A stretch of 64,000 nucleotides of DNA from Escherichia coli (GTDB lineage Bacteria; Pseudomonadota; Gammaproteobacteria; Enterobacterales; Enterobacteriaceae): the NCBI RefSeq assembly GCF_003790525.1, contig NZ_CP033635.1, one strand, 5' to 3'. Of the stretch, positions 9,357 to 18,365 are shown one piece after another. Both the position numbers and the translations under genes were made by a program. Position 1 is the first letter of the stretch; every line of letters starts with the position of its first letter. Under the pieces are notes generated by a model, which was given only the letters and a program-made list of their open reading frames with translations, was not told the DNA's origin and did not search any database.

Positions 9357-9643
9357 CGCTCTTCTCCGTCCTGTCTCACGCTGTCCAGTGCCCGTCTCTC
9401 ACCGTCGTGAAGCTCGCGGTTTTCTGAACGTGCCAGGATGCGGGCGATAAGGTCATTGCGGCGCTTCATTGCCTGCTCCGTACGCCTGCGGTGGCACCAG
9501 GCATGGATGGCGGAAAGTGACCCCAGAAGCAGCCCGGCCAGCGCAATTTTTTCGCTGATGGTCATAACACCAATGGTTGTTGCCGTCACTGACGCCCAGA
9601 AGGTGATCCAGTCACTGACGCGCTGAAAAAATCCCGTCACCAT
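9353..9643 (-). CDS. phage holin
   Basis: 96-aa protein with hydrophobic segments and charged C-terminus; directly upstream of endolysin. Confidence 0.65.
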   Translation of the reverse strand: MVTGFFQRVSDWITFWASVTATTIGVMTISEKIALAGLLLGSLSAIHAWCHRRRTEQAMKRRNDLIARILARSENRELHDGERRALDSVRQDGEER

Positions 9644-9834
9644 AGCTTTACCTTTTCGCGTTGCTGTTTCCTTTCCGGCTCCGGCATCTCCACCTCCTGT
9701 CCCGCTTCCAGAATTACCTGGCGGCAGAGCCCTGGATTGGCATCAAGTACCTGTGCGGTCACCCCCTGCGTGGTGCCGTAGTGCCGGAAACAGAGTAAAT
9801 CGACGGTATCCCCCTGGAGTGCCCTCACTTTCAT
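9637..9834 (-). CDS. phage tail protein X (P2 gpX-like, LysM-type)
   Basis: ORF 9637-9903; internal Met start (MKVRALQGDTV...) gives ~65 aa; position between L and holin. Confidence 0.65.
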   Translation of the reverse strand: MKVRALQGDTVDLLCFRHYGTTQGVTAQVLDANPGLCRQVILEAGQEVEMPEPERKQQREKVKLW

Positions 9835-10328
9835 CACACCAGCTCCGCAAAAAGACGGGGGCGACCCAGAATATCTGCCACGGACCAGCGCACATCGCGC
9901 CATAAGTCTTCCATCTGCTCATCCAGTGCGTCAGCCCGGCGGTCCCCCTTGTCGGTGGTGTCCACATCCCGCCAGCGTTCCAGAATCAGGGCGCGGGTGG
10001 CGCTGTAGACGGCGTTGCGGTAATGCCATACGTTGACGCTCTCACCGTTGATGGTGGCGGCAGGCACTTCTGCGAGGATGCTGAACCCTGCGGCAGACTG
10101 CGCCTTCTGCCACTCTTCCAGCTCCCGCGTGACGTGAGCCACGGCTCCCGTGGCAACGTGCGCCAGACGTGTGGAGGTGATGCGGCCCGGCAGGCGTACT
10201 GCAAGGCGCAGCTCCCGCAGCACAATCTCCGGCCAGAATGCCCCGGCGGTGATGGTGGCGTCGCCGTCGTCGGTGTCGGGGATATCGTCCCGTGCAGGGG
10301 CGGCTTCCGGTCTTGCGACCATGCTCAT
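9834..10328 (-). CDS. phage head completion/stabilisation protein (P2 gpL-like)
   Basis: ORF 9834-10406; start at internal Met; position after small terminase M. Confidence 0.7.
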   Translation of the reverse strand: MSMVARPEAAPARDDIPDTDDGDATITAGAFWPEIVLRELRLAVRLPGRITSTRLAHVATGAVAHVTRELEEWQKAQSAAGFSILAEVPAATINGESVNVWHYRNAVYSATRALILERWRDVDTTDKGDRRADALDEQMEDLWRDVRWSVADILGRPRLFAELV

Positions 10329-10430
10329 AAATCGCTCCTTCAGAAAAAAAGGCGGTGGGTGCCGGGTGTAAGGGGAACGGAAAACCGTAACCGGAACGCC
10401 CGGCACGCCGCCTTCTGACGGGGTCAGCCG

Positions 10431-11207
10431 TTAACCACGTTTCGCCTTCGCTTTCGCCTTCGGCGTCGTGGTCTGTTCTCTGGTTGTATCTTTCTGTGCC
10501 GCAGGCTCCTGTGCGGCAGCGGCTTCATCCTGTCCGGCCTTTTTCAGGGCCCGTGAAAGCGTGGCAATCTCACGTTTTACCCCCGCATTCGGGTTAAGGT
10601 GCATTGCCTCACGGAACAGCTTCAGACTCACCGCCATGCTGTCGGCATCGGTCAGGCCACGACGGGCAAAGGCGCATGCCTTGCACAGCTTGGCGCGGAC
10701 CTCATCGGGCATGTCCCGGTTCGCGACAATTTGCCAGAGGGTGTCCAGCGGTTCGATGTAGCCGGACAAATCGGCGTGTGCATCCGTTCCGGCCTGTGTC
10801 AGAACAGGGTTGCAGATTTCCTCGGTCAGTACCGTGGCTGCCGTACGCCCGAAGTTGTCAGGCATCGTGAGGTTGTGGCGAACCACATAATCCCCGATGC
10901 GCAGTGCAAGCGCCAGGTCGCCACAGTCCACGGCCCACACCATGAGTGTGGCTATCACCTCATCCTGCTGTCCGCCGTCGGCTTCCAGCGTGCCGTCTAT
11001 CCAGCCTGCAAAACCCGGCAGCATTTCACGCTTGAGCGCGGCCTTTGCCGCTTTTGCCTGGACGCCCTTTATGCGTTGCTGTGCCAGGCGCAGACGGTGA
11101 AGGACCTGCTCATGAGCCGTGCGGGCCACGATATCCTCGTTTTCTGCTGCCGTTCCTGCCCGTAAAGCCATCACGTGCTGGAAATGAGCCTGTGCCGGTG
11201 TCAGCAT
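10431..11207 (-). CDS. phage terminase endonuclease (small) subunit (P2 gpM-like)
   Basis: 258-aa ORF following the major capsid gene; basic Lys/Ala-rich C-terminus. Confidence 0.75.
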   Translation of the reverse strand: MLTPAQAHFQHVMALRAGTAAENEDIVARTAHEQVLHRLRLAQQRIKGVQAKAAKAALKREMLPGFAGWIDGTLEADGGQQDEVIATLMVWAVDCGDLALALRIGDYVVRHNLTMPDNFGRTAATVLTEEICNPVLTQAGTDAHADLSGYIEPLDTLWQIVANRDMPDEVRAKLCKACAFARRGLTDADSMAVSLKLFREAMHLNPNAGVKREIATLSRALKKAGQDEAAAAQEPAAQKDTTREQTTTPKAKAKAKRG

Positions 11208-11209
11208 GG

Positions 11210-12349
11210 TTAATCCTCCTCTTCCCCTGCATCCTTGTCTTCAGCCTGCGCTGACAGTGCTTTTATGCCCTCCCGGTACCAGTCCGGCGCGTCATGGTCA
11301 TATTCGGCAAAGCTGATATTCTCAATCAGTGCGCACTTACCATGGTCCTCAACCACATAGCAGTCGTTAACGGACTGATAGATGGCGATACGGTTGTATT
11401 CGGGCTCATCCTTCATGAGACGACGCATGGACCCCTTCTGCCAGTAAACCGACAGGTTGCTGAATGAGGTGATGAGCATTGACTGAGCCGGGAAAAATGG
11501 CGCAAGGTACACATCAAGGTCGCCAATGGTCCGCGTTGACACAATGAGCTGTCCGGCAAGCAGTTCGGCATTCGCATTCTGCATGCTGATACTGTTCAGG
11601 ACCGGCAGGCGCAGGGAGTTAAAGAGGTTTCGCCCCATGATGACAACGAGGTCGTCTGCGTCCTTGTGCCATTCGTCAAGCAGGGATGAGCGTGCATCCT
11701 GGACCAGTGCATCGGGATTGGCGTATCTGCCTGTGTATGCCACCGAATTGTCCATATTGCGCGCAGTCAGCATCACGTCTTTCATGACGCGTTGCGGGGC
11801 CTGGTCCCTGATATCCTGCAGCCACCCCTTATTGACGTCCTCAAGTCGCGGGTGTTTTTTTATATCCGAGACTTCCGCATGGTGCGTACCGTTAAAACCT
11901 GTCATGATGCGATCAAGTGCCACCTGTCTGGCAATCTGGCGACTCACACGCAGCTGGAAGTCAGGGTGTCCGGCCCACATGTCAAGCTGAGGGTAGGAGA
12001 TGAAGGTGTCGTAGTTCACCTGCTCGCACTCATAGCGTCGCGCTTTCATGTCCACCACATTCAGCGGGTTACGACGATTTGTACCGTCATAACTGCTGTT
12101 CGTGCGCGCAACCGGCCCGGTGGTGTCCAGGAGTACCTTTTCACCTTTCTGCTCTGTCACACCAATGCTGTTGGCTTTCTGAAGAAAATCATGGCTTTCC
12201 TTTGATGCGTTTTCAAATCTCTGCTGCACTGCCGGCTGTACCGAAAAGCGGGAGGAGAGCGCAGATATCGTGATGTTATTCATCTCCGCCTGTTGTGCCT
12301 GGTAAGCAAAAAGCTCGGCCCGCGCGGCATCGCTCATGATCAGATTCAT
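11210..12349 (-). CDS. phage major capsid protein (P2 gpN-like)
   Basis: 379-aa ORF between scaffold and terminase M. Confidence 0.8.
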   Translation of the reverse strand: MNLIMSDAARAELFAYQAQQAEMNNITISALSSRFSVQPAVQQRFENASKESHDFLQKANSIGVTEQKGEKVLLDTTGPVARTNSSYDGTNRRNPLNVVDMKARRYECEQVNYDTFISYPQLDMWAGHPDFQLRVSRQIARQVALDRIMTGFNGTHHAEVSDIKKHPRLEDVNKGWLQDIRDQAPQRVMKDVMLTARNMDNSVAYTGRYANPDALVQDARSSLLDEWHKDADDLVVIMGRNLFNSLRLPVLNSISMQNANAELLAGQLIVSTRTIGDLDVYLAPFFPAQSMLITSFSNLSVYWQKGSMRRLMKDEPEYNRIAIYQSVNDCYVVEDHGKCALIENISFAEYDHDAPDWYREGIKALSAQAEDKDAGEEED

Positions 12350-12377
12350 CGGTTATCACCTCTTGTGGTTATTTCTG

Positions 12378-13214
12378 TCAGTAGTCAGCCAGTTGTCTGG
12401 ACTGCCCGCCGGTTGCCGTAAAACGACTTTCCTGATCAGCGTCCAGTCCGCGCAGTCTGTTTTTCAGCTCTGCCAGCTCAGTGGACAGGGTGGCGATTTT
12501 CTGTCTGTCTGCCTGATGGCGCGATTCCAGTGCACTGAAGCGGTCGAGAAGGTCGGCATGCGATGAGGCTATCCCCTCAACGGCGTCATGAATGCGGGAG
12601 AACCGGGTGTCGTCAGCCCTGCGTCCTCGCCCAATCATGTTCATCACGCGGTTAAGCCACTGCGCACCTTCCTCGCTGCGGCGCTCCGTCAGTTCGATCA
12701 CTTCAGCCTCAATGGCGTCAGAGAACATCGGTGCTTCCGTCTGCTGATTATTGAAGGTCATGACCGAACGGCGCTGCTGCAGGGCGAACTGAAGACGCTC
12801 CGTGCCGATGCTTGCCGGGGTGTCTGTCATGGCAAGGCCAATAAGATACGGGGTGCCCGTAGGGGTGAAATTTCGTGCCAGCTCAATACTGGAGTAAATT
12901 TTCTTACCCCGGGAGACCAGATTTTTCATGCGGTCGGTGGGTTCGATTTCCGCATACAGCGCAGTACGACCGACCAGCGGACCTTCGGTGATTTCTTCTG
13001 TGCTCAGTGCCGTCACATCACCCATGGCGGAAAATTCACTGGACGGAACCGGTGAAAGCCAGTGCTCCACGTTCACGCGTGCGCCGTAAATCTCAGGGTT
13101 GAAGTTACTGGCCGCCGCGCGCAAATCTGCGGCACTGATTTCGCGACCGTCTGCGGTGGGACCGGAAACGGCCACGCGGAATGTTTTACGGGATGTTTTT
13201 TTCTGTTCAGGCAT
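12378..13214 (-). CDS. phage capsid scaffolding protein (P2 gpO-like)
   Basis: ORF 12378-13355; start at internal Met (MPEQKKTSRK...) gives ~279 aa; divergent from terminase gene as in P2. Confidence 0.8.
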   Translation of the reverse strand: MPEQKKTSRKTFRVAVSGPTADGREISAADLRAAASNFNPEIYGARVNVEHWLSPVPSSEFSAMGDVTALSTEEITEGPLVGRTALYAEIEPTDRMKNLVSRGKKIYSSIELARNFTPTGTPYLIGLAMTDTPASIGTERLQFALQQRRSVMTFNNQQTEAPMFSDAIEAEVIELTERRSEEGAQWLNRVMNMIGRGRRADDTRFSRIHDAVEGIASSHADLLDRFSALESRHQADRQKIATLSTELAELKNRLRGLDADQESRFTATGGQSRQLADY

Positions 13215-13285
13215 TGTCGGGCCCTCGTGATGATCGTTTGTCTCATGATGGCAAAACGGGGCAGGGACAGACAAAGTGCGTTTGT

Positions 13286-13303
13286 TGTAAGCGAATGCCG
13301 ACA
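13286..13303. promoter_or_regulatory. TGT-N12-ACA dyad in the O/P divergent late promoter region (possible Ogr-type activator site)
   Basis: TGTAAGCGAATGCCGACA read directly, ~66 bp upstream of the P start; P2 late promoters are known to carry this dyad. Confidence 0.3.
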
Positions 13304-13368
13304 ACACCGGGCATGGCAGGAGGCCTGTAAGGGGTGAGTAAACTGCCTGAATCACATGAGGGGGAGAA

Positions 13369-15120
13369 ATGATTCAGGATACATTTGTTCGCCAGCGGGC
13401 ACGCCAGCTGTACTGGCAGGGTTACCCTGTTGCGGAAATTTCCCGCCTTATGGGTATCAACCAGAACACGATCCATTCGTGGAAAAAACGCGACCAGTGG
13501 GATGAGACGCCCCCGGTTCAGCGTGTCACGCAGTCCATGGATGCGCGACTCATTCAGCTCACGGAAAAACAGAATAAAACAGGCGGGGACTTTAAGGAAA
13601 TTGATTTGCTGACCCGTCAGCTTAAAAAGCTGCATGACGGTCTGCCGGATGAGACGGCAACAGGAAAGAAAGGCCGGGCGAAAAAACACAAAAATCATTT
13701 CACGCCGGAACAGATCGCGGCGCTGCGGGAAAAAATTACCGACAGGCTGGCCGGACACCAGCGCAAATGGCTTGATGCTATCGGTGCCTGTGAGCGTGCC
13801 GGAATTACTGACAGGATGATCCTGAAATCCCGCCAGATTGGGGCGACCTGGTATTTTGCGCAGGAAGCGCTGCTGATGGCGCTGCGTGACGATGTGGCAC
13901 AACCTTACCAGCGTAACCAGATTTTTTTGTCTGCGTCTCGTCGTCAGGCGCTCCAGTTTAAAAGCATTATTCAGAAGGCTGCATCTGAAGTTGATGTGGA
14001 ACTGAAAGGGGGCGATAAAGTCATCCTCTCCAACGGTGCAGAGCTGCATTTTCTCGGCACTTCTGCGGCCACCGCGCAAGCGTACACAGGGAATCTGTAT
14101 TTTGATGAGTTTTTCTGGACGGGGCGTTTCGCAGAGCTGCGCAAGGTGGCTGCTGCTATGGCAACGCTGGATGGTTTGCGGTGTACCTATTTTTCCACGC
14201 CATCAAGTGAAACACATGAGGCGTATGCATACTGGAACGGCGATCACTGGAATGAAGGGCTTCGTACTCATAAACGTCAGCATTTTGATGTGAGCTGGAA
14301 TGCGCTTCATAACGGCCTTATCTGTCCTGACTATATCTGGCGGCAAATTGTGACGCTGGAAGATGTGGTCAGTCAGGGATGGACGTTAACCAACATTGAC
14401 AAAATCCGGCGCAATAACACTGAAGACGAGTTCCGCAATCTCTACATGTGTGAATTTGCTCGCGAAGGGGAATCGGCATTTAACCTGAATATCCTGATTG
14501 GCTGCGGTGTTGACGGATACGACGAGTGGCCGGACTGGAAGCCGTTTGCACCGCGTCCGATGGGGAACCGCCCTGTGTGGATTGGGTACGACGCCAACGG
14601 CAGTAGCGGGAACGGTGACAGCGGGGCGGTTGTCGTGGTGGTGCCGCCAGCCGTACCGGGCGGGCGTTTTCGCACCGTGGAGACGCGGCGGGTGCAGGGG
14701 CTGGAGTTTGAGGCGCAGGCGAAGGTGATTGAAGAGTTCACCTTTCGCTATAACGTTGAGCATATCGGTATTGACGTAACCGGCGGTCACGGGGATGCGG
14801 TGTATCAGATTGTGAAGCGCTTTTTTCCGGCAGCCATTCCCTACACCTTCACCCTGTCATCAAAGCGCACGCTGGTTCTGAAGATGCTGCAGCTCATGCG
14901 CGCCGGGCGGTGGGAGTACGACCGCAGCGAGCGCGAACTGGTGAGCGCCTTTAACGCGGTACGCAAAACAAAAACGCAGGCCGGATTTATCACCTACGAA
15001 ACAGATCGCGCAAGAGGCGTAAGCCATGGCGATCTTGCATGGGCCACCATGCTGGCCGTTATCAACGAACCTGTCGGCGGTGAACATGATGCCGCCCCCT
15101 TCAGTGTTACGGAGTTCTGA
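13369..15120 (+). CDS. phage terminase large (ATPase) subunit (P2 gpP-like)
   Basis: 583-aa ORF, divergent from O, followed by portal gene. Confidence 0.85.
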   Translation: MIQDTFVRQRARQLYWQGYPVAEISRLMGINQNTIHSWKKRDQWDETPPVQRVTQSMDARLIQLTEKQNKTGGDFKEIDLLTRQLKKLHDGLPDETATGKKGRAKKHKNHFTPEQIAALREKITDRLAGHQRKWLDAIGACERAGITDRMILKSRQIGATWYFAQEALLMALRDDVAQPYQRNQIFLSASRRQALQFKSIIQKAASEVDVELKGGDKVILSNGAELHFLGTSAATAQAYTGNLYFDEFFWTGRFAELRKVAAAMATLDGLRCTYFSTPSSETHEAYAYWNGDHWNEGLRTHKRQHFDVSWNALHNGLICPDYIWRQIVTLEDVVSQGWTLTNIDKIRRNNTEDEFRNLYMCEFAREGESAFNLNILIGCGVDGYDEWPDWKPFAPRPMGNRPVWIGYDANGSSGNGDSGAVVVVVPPAVPGGRFRTVETRRVQGLEFEAQAKVIEEFTFRYNVEHIGIDVTGGHGDAVYQIVKRFFPAAIPYTFTLSSKRTLVLKMLQLMRAGRWEYDRSERELVSAFNAVRKTKTQAGFITYETDRARGVSHGDLAWATMLAVINEPVGGEHDAAPFSVTEF

Positions 15121-16175
15121 TGAGCAGAAAAAATAAACAACGACGTACGAACGCCCGCGCAGCGCAGGGCAGCCTTGCGGATTCCCTGCGAAGCGACCCG
15201 ACACTGAGTGCCTTCACGTTTGAAGGACCTTACCGGCTGTCAGGGGCCGACCTGCTGGACAGCATGTACTGCGCCGACAACGGGCGGTGGTTTGAAACGC
15301 CCGTTGACTGGTACGGACTGGCACGGGCTGCCCGCCAGACGTCCTGGCACCAGTCGGCGCTCAGCTTCAAACGTAATGTGCTGCTGGGCTGCTATATTCC
15401 ACATCCTCTGCTGTCCCGCCAGGAGTTCGCCGGGGTGGCGATGGACTGGTTTGTGTTCGGTAATGCCTGTCTTGAGCTGCGGCGCAACATGCTTGGCGAA
15501 CCGCTGGCCCTGCGCCGGGCGCTGGCGAAATACATGCGACGTGGCAGCGATATGAAATCATGGTGGTATATACAGGAAGGACAGGAAGAGTACCGCTTTC
15601 GTGAGGGGACGATATGCCACCTGATGAATCCTGATATCAACCAGGAGATTTACGGGATGCCGGATTACCTGGGCGGCCTGCTGTCTGCCAGCCTGTCACA
15701 TTCCGCCGATATCTTCCGCAAGCTCTACTACGATAACGGCTCACACGCGGGCTGTATTGTCTACATCGGTGCGGCGCAGGTTGACCGTGAAAGCATGGAA
15801 AAACTGCGGGAAACACTGCAAAGCGCGCGTGGTGGCGGGGCGTTTAAAAATCTGCTCATCCACGCGGCGGGAGGTGGTAAGGATGGCGTACAGATTTTGC
15901 CGTTTCAGCAAATCACCGCAAAGGATGAGTTCATGAACGTCAAGGCTGCATCGCGTGATGATGTGCTGTCCGTGCACCGTGTACCGCCGCAGCTGATGGG
16001 GGCCATGCCGGGTGAGAAGGGGTCATTCGGGGATGTGGAGAAGGCAGCCCGTGTGTTTGCCATTAACGAACTGATGCCCGTCATGGAAGCAATGAAACAC
16101 GTCAACGACTGGCTGGGCGAAGAGGTGATCCGTTTTAACCCTTACGCACTGTTAGACACCCAGCCCATATCCTGA
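15120..16175 (+). CDS. phage portal protein (P2 gpQ-like)
   Basis: 351-aa ORF with start overlapping the P stop; P2 Q-P-O arrangement. Confidence 0.85.
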   Translation: MSRKNKQRRTNARAAQGSLADSLRSDPTLSAFTFEGPYRLSGADLLDSMYCADNGRWFETPVDWYGLARAARQTSWHQSALSFKRNVLLGCYIPHPLLSRQEFAGVAMDWFVFGNACLELRRNMLGEPLALRRALAKYMRRGSDMKSWWYIQEGQEEYRFREGTICHLMNPDINQEIYGMPDYLGGLLSASLSHSADIFRKLYYDNGSHAGCIVYIGAAQVDRESMEKLRETLQSARGGGAFKNLLIHAAGGGKDGVQILPFQQITAKDEFMNVKAASRDDVLSVHRVPPQLMGAMPGEKGSFGDVEKAARVFAINELMPVMEAMKHVNDWLGEEVIRFNPYALLDTQPIS

Positions 16176-16202
16176 CGCGCTTCGCTTGTCTGCTGCTTCG
16201 CC

Positions 16203-16225
16203 GGGGCATAAAAAATTTATGCCCC
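16203..16225. terminator. 10-bp stem hairpin between convergent portal gene and cargo gene
   Basis: GGGGCATAAA-AAA-TTTATGCCCC read directly; no flanking U-tract, so may instead be a packaging-site (cos) element. Confidence 0.4.
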
Positions 16226-16241
16226 GACTCTCCAGCTCTGC

Positions 16242-16955
16242 TTAACGAAGTGCTGATGGCGCTCGCTTTTTCAGGTGATTAGCGATGTGCTTTTTCATGT
16301 GCATAACAACATCGCCCCAGGCTTCTTCGCTGGGTTTATTGATAAATACGCGAACAGAAATATCGTCTTCCACCCGGACTCTCAGAGACACCCGTTCCGC
16401 ATCTACTGAATATAATTCAAGTGCAATAACCACGCTTACCGGGTAGCTGCTGTCAGATGACTTAACCCAGGTTCGCACGGCCATGCGGAAAATATTGTCT
16501 GGTGCAGATGCGATATTGTGGACTGAAAGAGGACTAAAATCCGCCGCTGTCTTACATGGCAAGCCTGTCTCCACGTAGCGGTGCAGGTCGCCATCATCGT
16601 CTTCCCAGTACATGGATGGAAGCCCCAGCCATTCTTCATAGAAATCAATCAGCCTTGCCGCTTCATCCCGCAAAATTTGAGCTGCCTCAGCGCGTTTTTC
16701 TTCAGCTTCACGATTGATCTGGCATAAATCATTAAAGTGGCTCATGACATTATCCTCTTTTGAGTTGATGCCTGCCGCTATTCTGACTTTGCCCGGGTTC
16801 TCCTGCAAGCTGGTTATTCCTTCAGATAATTTCACAACATCTCCAACCTTGTAGCCATCATCGCCGGGCGGATGCTTACGCAACCCCGCAACTCTGACGA
16901 CATATTCTCGCTGCCTCAGTGCGATTTTGACGGCCTTATCTTTCACCCCCATCAA
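16242..16955 (-). CDS. hypothetical protein, stand-alone cargo gene at the P2 tin/old-equivalent position; start ambiguous
   Basis: Open frame with normal codon usage; the listed first codon is TTG with ATG as codon 2 (16950-16952); an internal ATG at 16745 has a strong AAGAGGA Shine-Dalgarno; GC lower than the late genes; no family recognised. Confidence 0.55.
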   Translation of the reverse strand: MMGVKDKAVKIALRQREYVVRVAGLRKHPPGDDGYKVGDVVKLSEGITSLQENPGKVRIAAGINSKEDNVMSHFNDLCQINREAEEKRAEAAQILRDEAARLIDFYEEWLGLPSMYWEDDDGDLHRYVETGLPCKTAADFSPLSVHNIASAPDNIFRMAVRTWVKSSDSSYPVSVVIALELYSVDAERVSLRVRVEDDISVRVFINKPSEEAWGDVVMHMKKHIANHLKKRAPSALR

Positions 16956-17171
16956 ATCAAGCTTTTACGTCTTTTTTACGCTCAGCGTGAGAAATACAGC
17001 CATTCTGTTGTGTCGCTGCAACATCGTTCAGGGAATGCTATTTACCCCCTGAAACGCGGGCTGTTCCCCCGTCACCTGCGCGCAGAAAAAGGCCTTTTTT
17101 CGTGCACGCACGGATCCCCGACGGATCCAGACGCCACACGGGCCGGAAGGGCAAAAAGTCGTTCAAAAAAA

Positions 17172-17198
17172 TTGTGCAAATTTGTGCACTATTGTGCA
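17172..17198. repeat. three direct TTGTGCA repeats at exact 10-bp spacing
   Basis: attgtgcaaa / tttgtgcact / attgtgcatt read directly; immediately beside the terminator of the upstream operon. Confidence 0.6.
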
Positions 17199-17205
17199 TT
17201 GAAAT

Positions 17206-17228
17206 AAACGCCCTGGAGGAGGGCGTTT
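17206..17228 (-). terminator. rho-independent terminator after the five-gene small-protein operon
   Basis: AAACGCCCT-GGAGG-AGGGCGTTT 9-bp stem, followed on the minus strand by a U-rich run. Confidence 0.6.
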
Positions 17229-17235
17229 TGCTCAT

Positions 17236-17637
17236 CTATTTATAGCCTTGCCCCTTACTGGCCAGCGCCCTGATGGCAGGGCGTGCCAACACCATATTTT
17301 GGCAATGATGAATTGCCCGGCAAAATTCATCTCTACCCATTGGATGCTCAACTGGCAATGTAAAATACAGGTTCCATGCATCGCCTAAAAGTTGGGCTAT
17401 CTTTTGTTCTTCAGATGTCAGCAAGCGGTACTCCCCATCCTTGATGTAGTCACTTGTGCCATCGACCTGCTGTTCTGCAATGTGGAAAGCACCTATTGGT
17501 TTTGCTTCCAGCGATGCCAAAGCAATCCGTGCCAGTTTTTCCGCTTCTTCGGCTGGCAGTACAACGTTGCTACCAGGTCCGTATGTTTCGCGCCACTGCC
17601 TGATTGTCAGTAGTCGCTCTTTGGTTATAGTGGTCAT
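17236..17637 (-). CDS. hypothetical protein (133 aa)
   Basis: ORF with start overlapping the upstream stop; last gene of the operon following gene A; no family recognised. Confidence 0.5.
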   Translation of the reverse strand: MTTITKERLLTIRQWRETYGPGSNVVLPAEEAEKLARIALASLEAKPIGAFHIAEQQVDGTSDYIKDGEYRLLTSEEQKIAQLLGDAWNLYFTLPVEHPMGRDEFCRAIHHCQNMVLARPAIRALASKGQGYK

Positions 17638-17843
17638 TTGTTAATCCTCAAAACTTTATGCCCGGGCGCAAAAGCACGAGTTTTGTCTTTGCTTATTCGC
17701 CAGCCATCCTTACGCGCCTCTTTTGCACAGCCAGTCCATGACGTACCGATATATTCACCGAAGTCTGGCGTTTGATATTTACCATTTGTACACTGGCGAC
17801 AATCACAATAGAGATGCATGGTGTAACTTGCGGCAATAGCCAT
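17634..17843 (-). CDS. hypothetical small Cys-rich protein (69 aa), possible zinc ribbon
   Basis: Cys residues in a C-x-C-x2-C pattern plus a further Cys; translationally coupled to neighbours. Confidence 0.45.
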   Translation of the reverse strand: MAIAASYTMHLYCDCRQCTNGKYQTPDFGEYIGTSWTGCAKEARKDGWRISKDKTRAFAPGHKVLRINK

Positions 17844-17844
17844 A

Positions 17845-18174
17845 TCAGTCTCCTTTGATGCCAGTGTTTACAACCTGACAAGCCTCTTTGAGCACCCAGT
17901 CAACAGCGTCTTGCCATGCTCCGGTTTCGACTGGCGGATTCTCACGCTTTACCAGTTCATAGAAACGTACTGCTCTAACCAGTCCATCTGACGGTTTTGC
18001 CTGTAGTGCAGCCTGAGCTATGCGGTATACCTGGAGCATACAGGCGTCGTTGATATCCATTCCGAATGGAATATCTGATGACTGAGATTCCACATCTTCC
18101 AGCCTGGCAATTTCTTTACGTAAGAAGCCTTTCAGTTCCTGCTTCTGTTTCCTGTTCATATATTTTTCCTTCAA
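17845..18174 (-). CDS. hypothetical protein (109 aa)
   Basis: ORF in operon; start overlaps the upstream stop. Confidence 0.45.
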   Translation of the reverse strand: MKEKYMNRKQKQELKGFLRKEIARLEDVESQSSDIPFGMDINDACMLQVYRIAQAALQAKPSDGLVRAVRFYELVKRENPPVETGAWQDAVDWVLKEACQVVNTGIKGD

Positions 18175-18365
18175 AGTTCGGTTCGCTGACAGGGTTTCTC
18201 TTTACGGCAGACAATGACGCTTCCTTTGCTCGAGTCGGTGATTGTTACCGTGCCGTCATCACACTGGACAATGACAACGGTGTTGCTCTTTTTCGCTACG
18301 CAGTTCGGCGTGGCTGATTGTGCGAATGGCGCGAAAAACAGCAGAAAAAGTAATATTCTGCTCAC
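18171..18365 (-). CDS. small secreted Cys-containing protein (~64 aa), predicted GTG start
   Basis: GTG at 18363-18365 preceded by GGAGGA Shine-Dalgarno; N-terminal signal-peptide-like SRILLFLLFFAPFAQSA followed by a 4-Cys mature region; the longer ATG-initiated ORF lacks a ribosome-binding site. Confidence 0.45.
   Translation of the reverse strand: MSRILLFLLFFAPFAQSATPNCVAKKSNTVVIVQCDDGTVTITDSSKGSVIVCRKEKPCQRTEL

Noticed and set aside
16956-17235. LexA box (CTGT-N8-ACAG) that would indicate a 186-type SOS-controlled tum-like gene
   Set aside because: The nearest candidate (CTGTTGTGTCGCTGCA near 16995) lacks the ACAG half-site; no convincing SOS box found
16176-17235. P2 or 186 cohesive-end (cos) sequence
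   Set aside because: I could not find a match to the cos sequences as I recall them; cos may be divergent or my recollection imperfect, so its position is left unassigned
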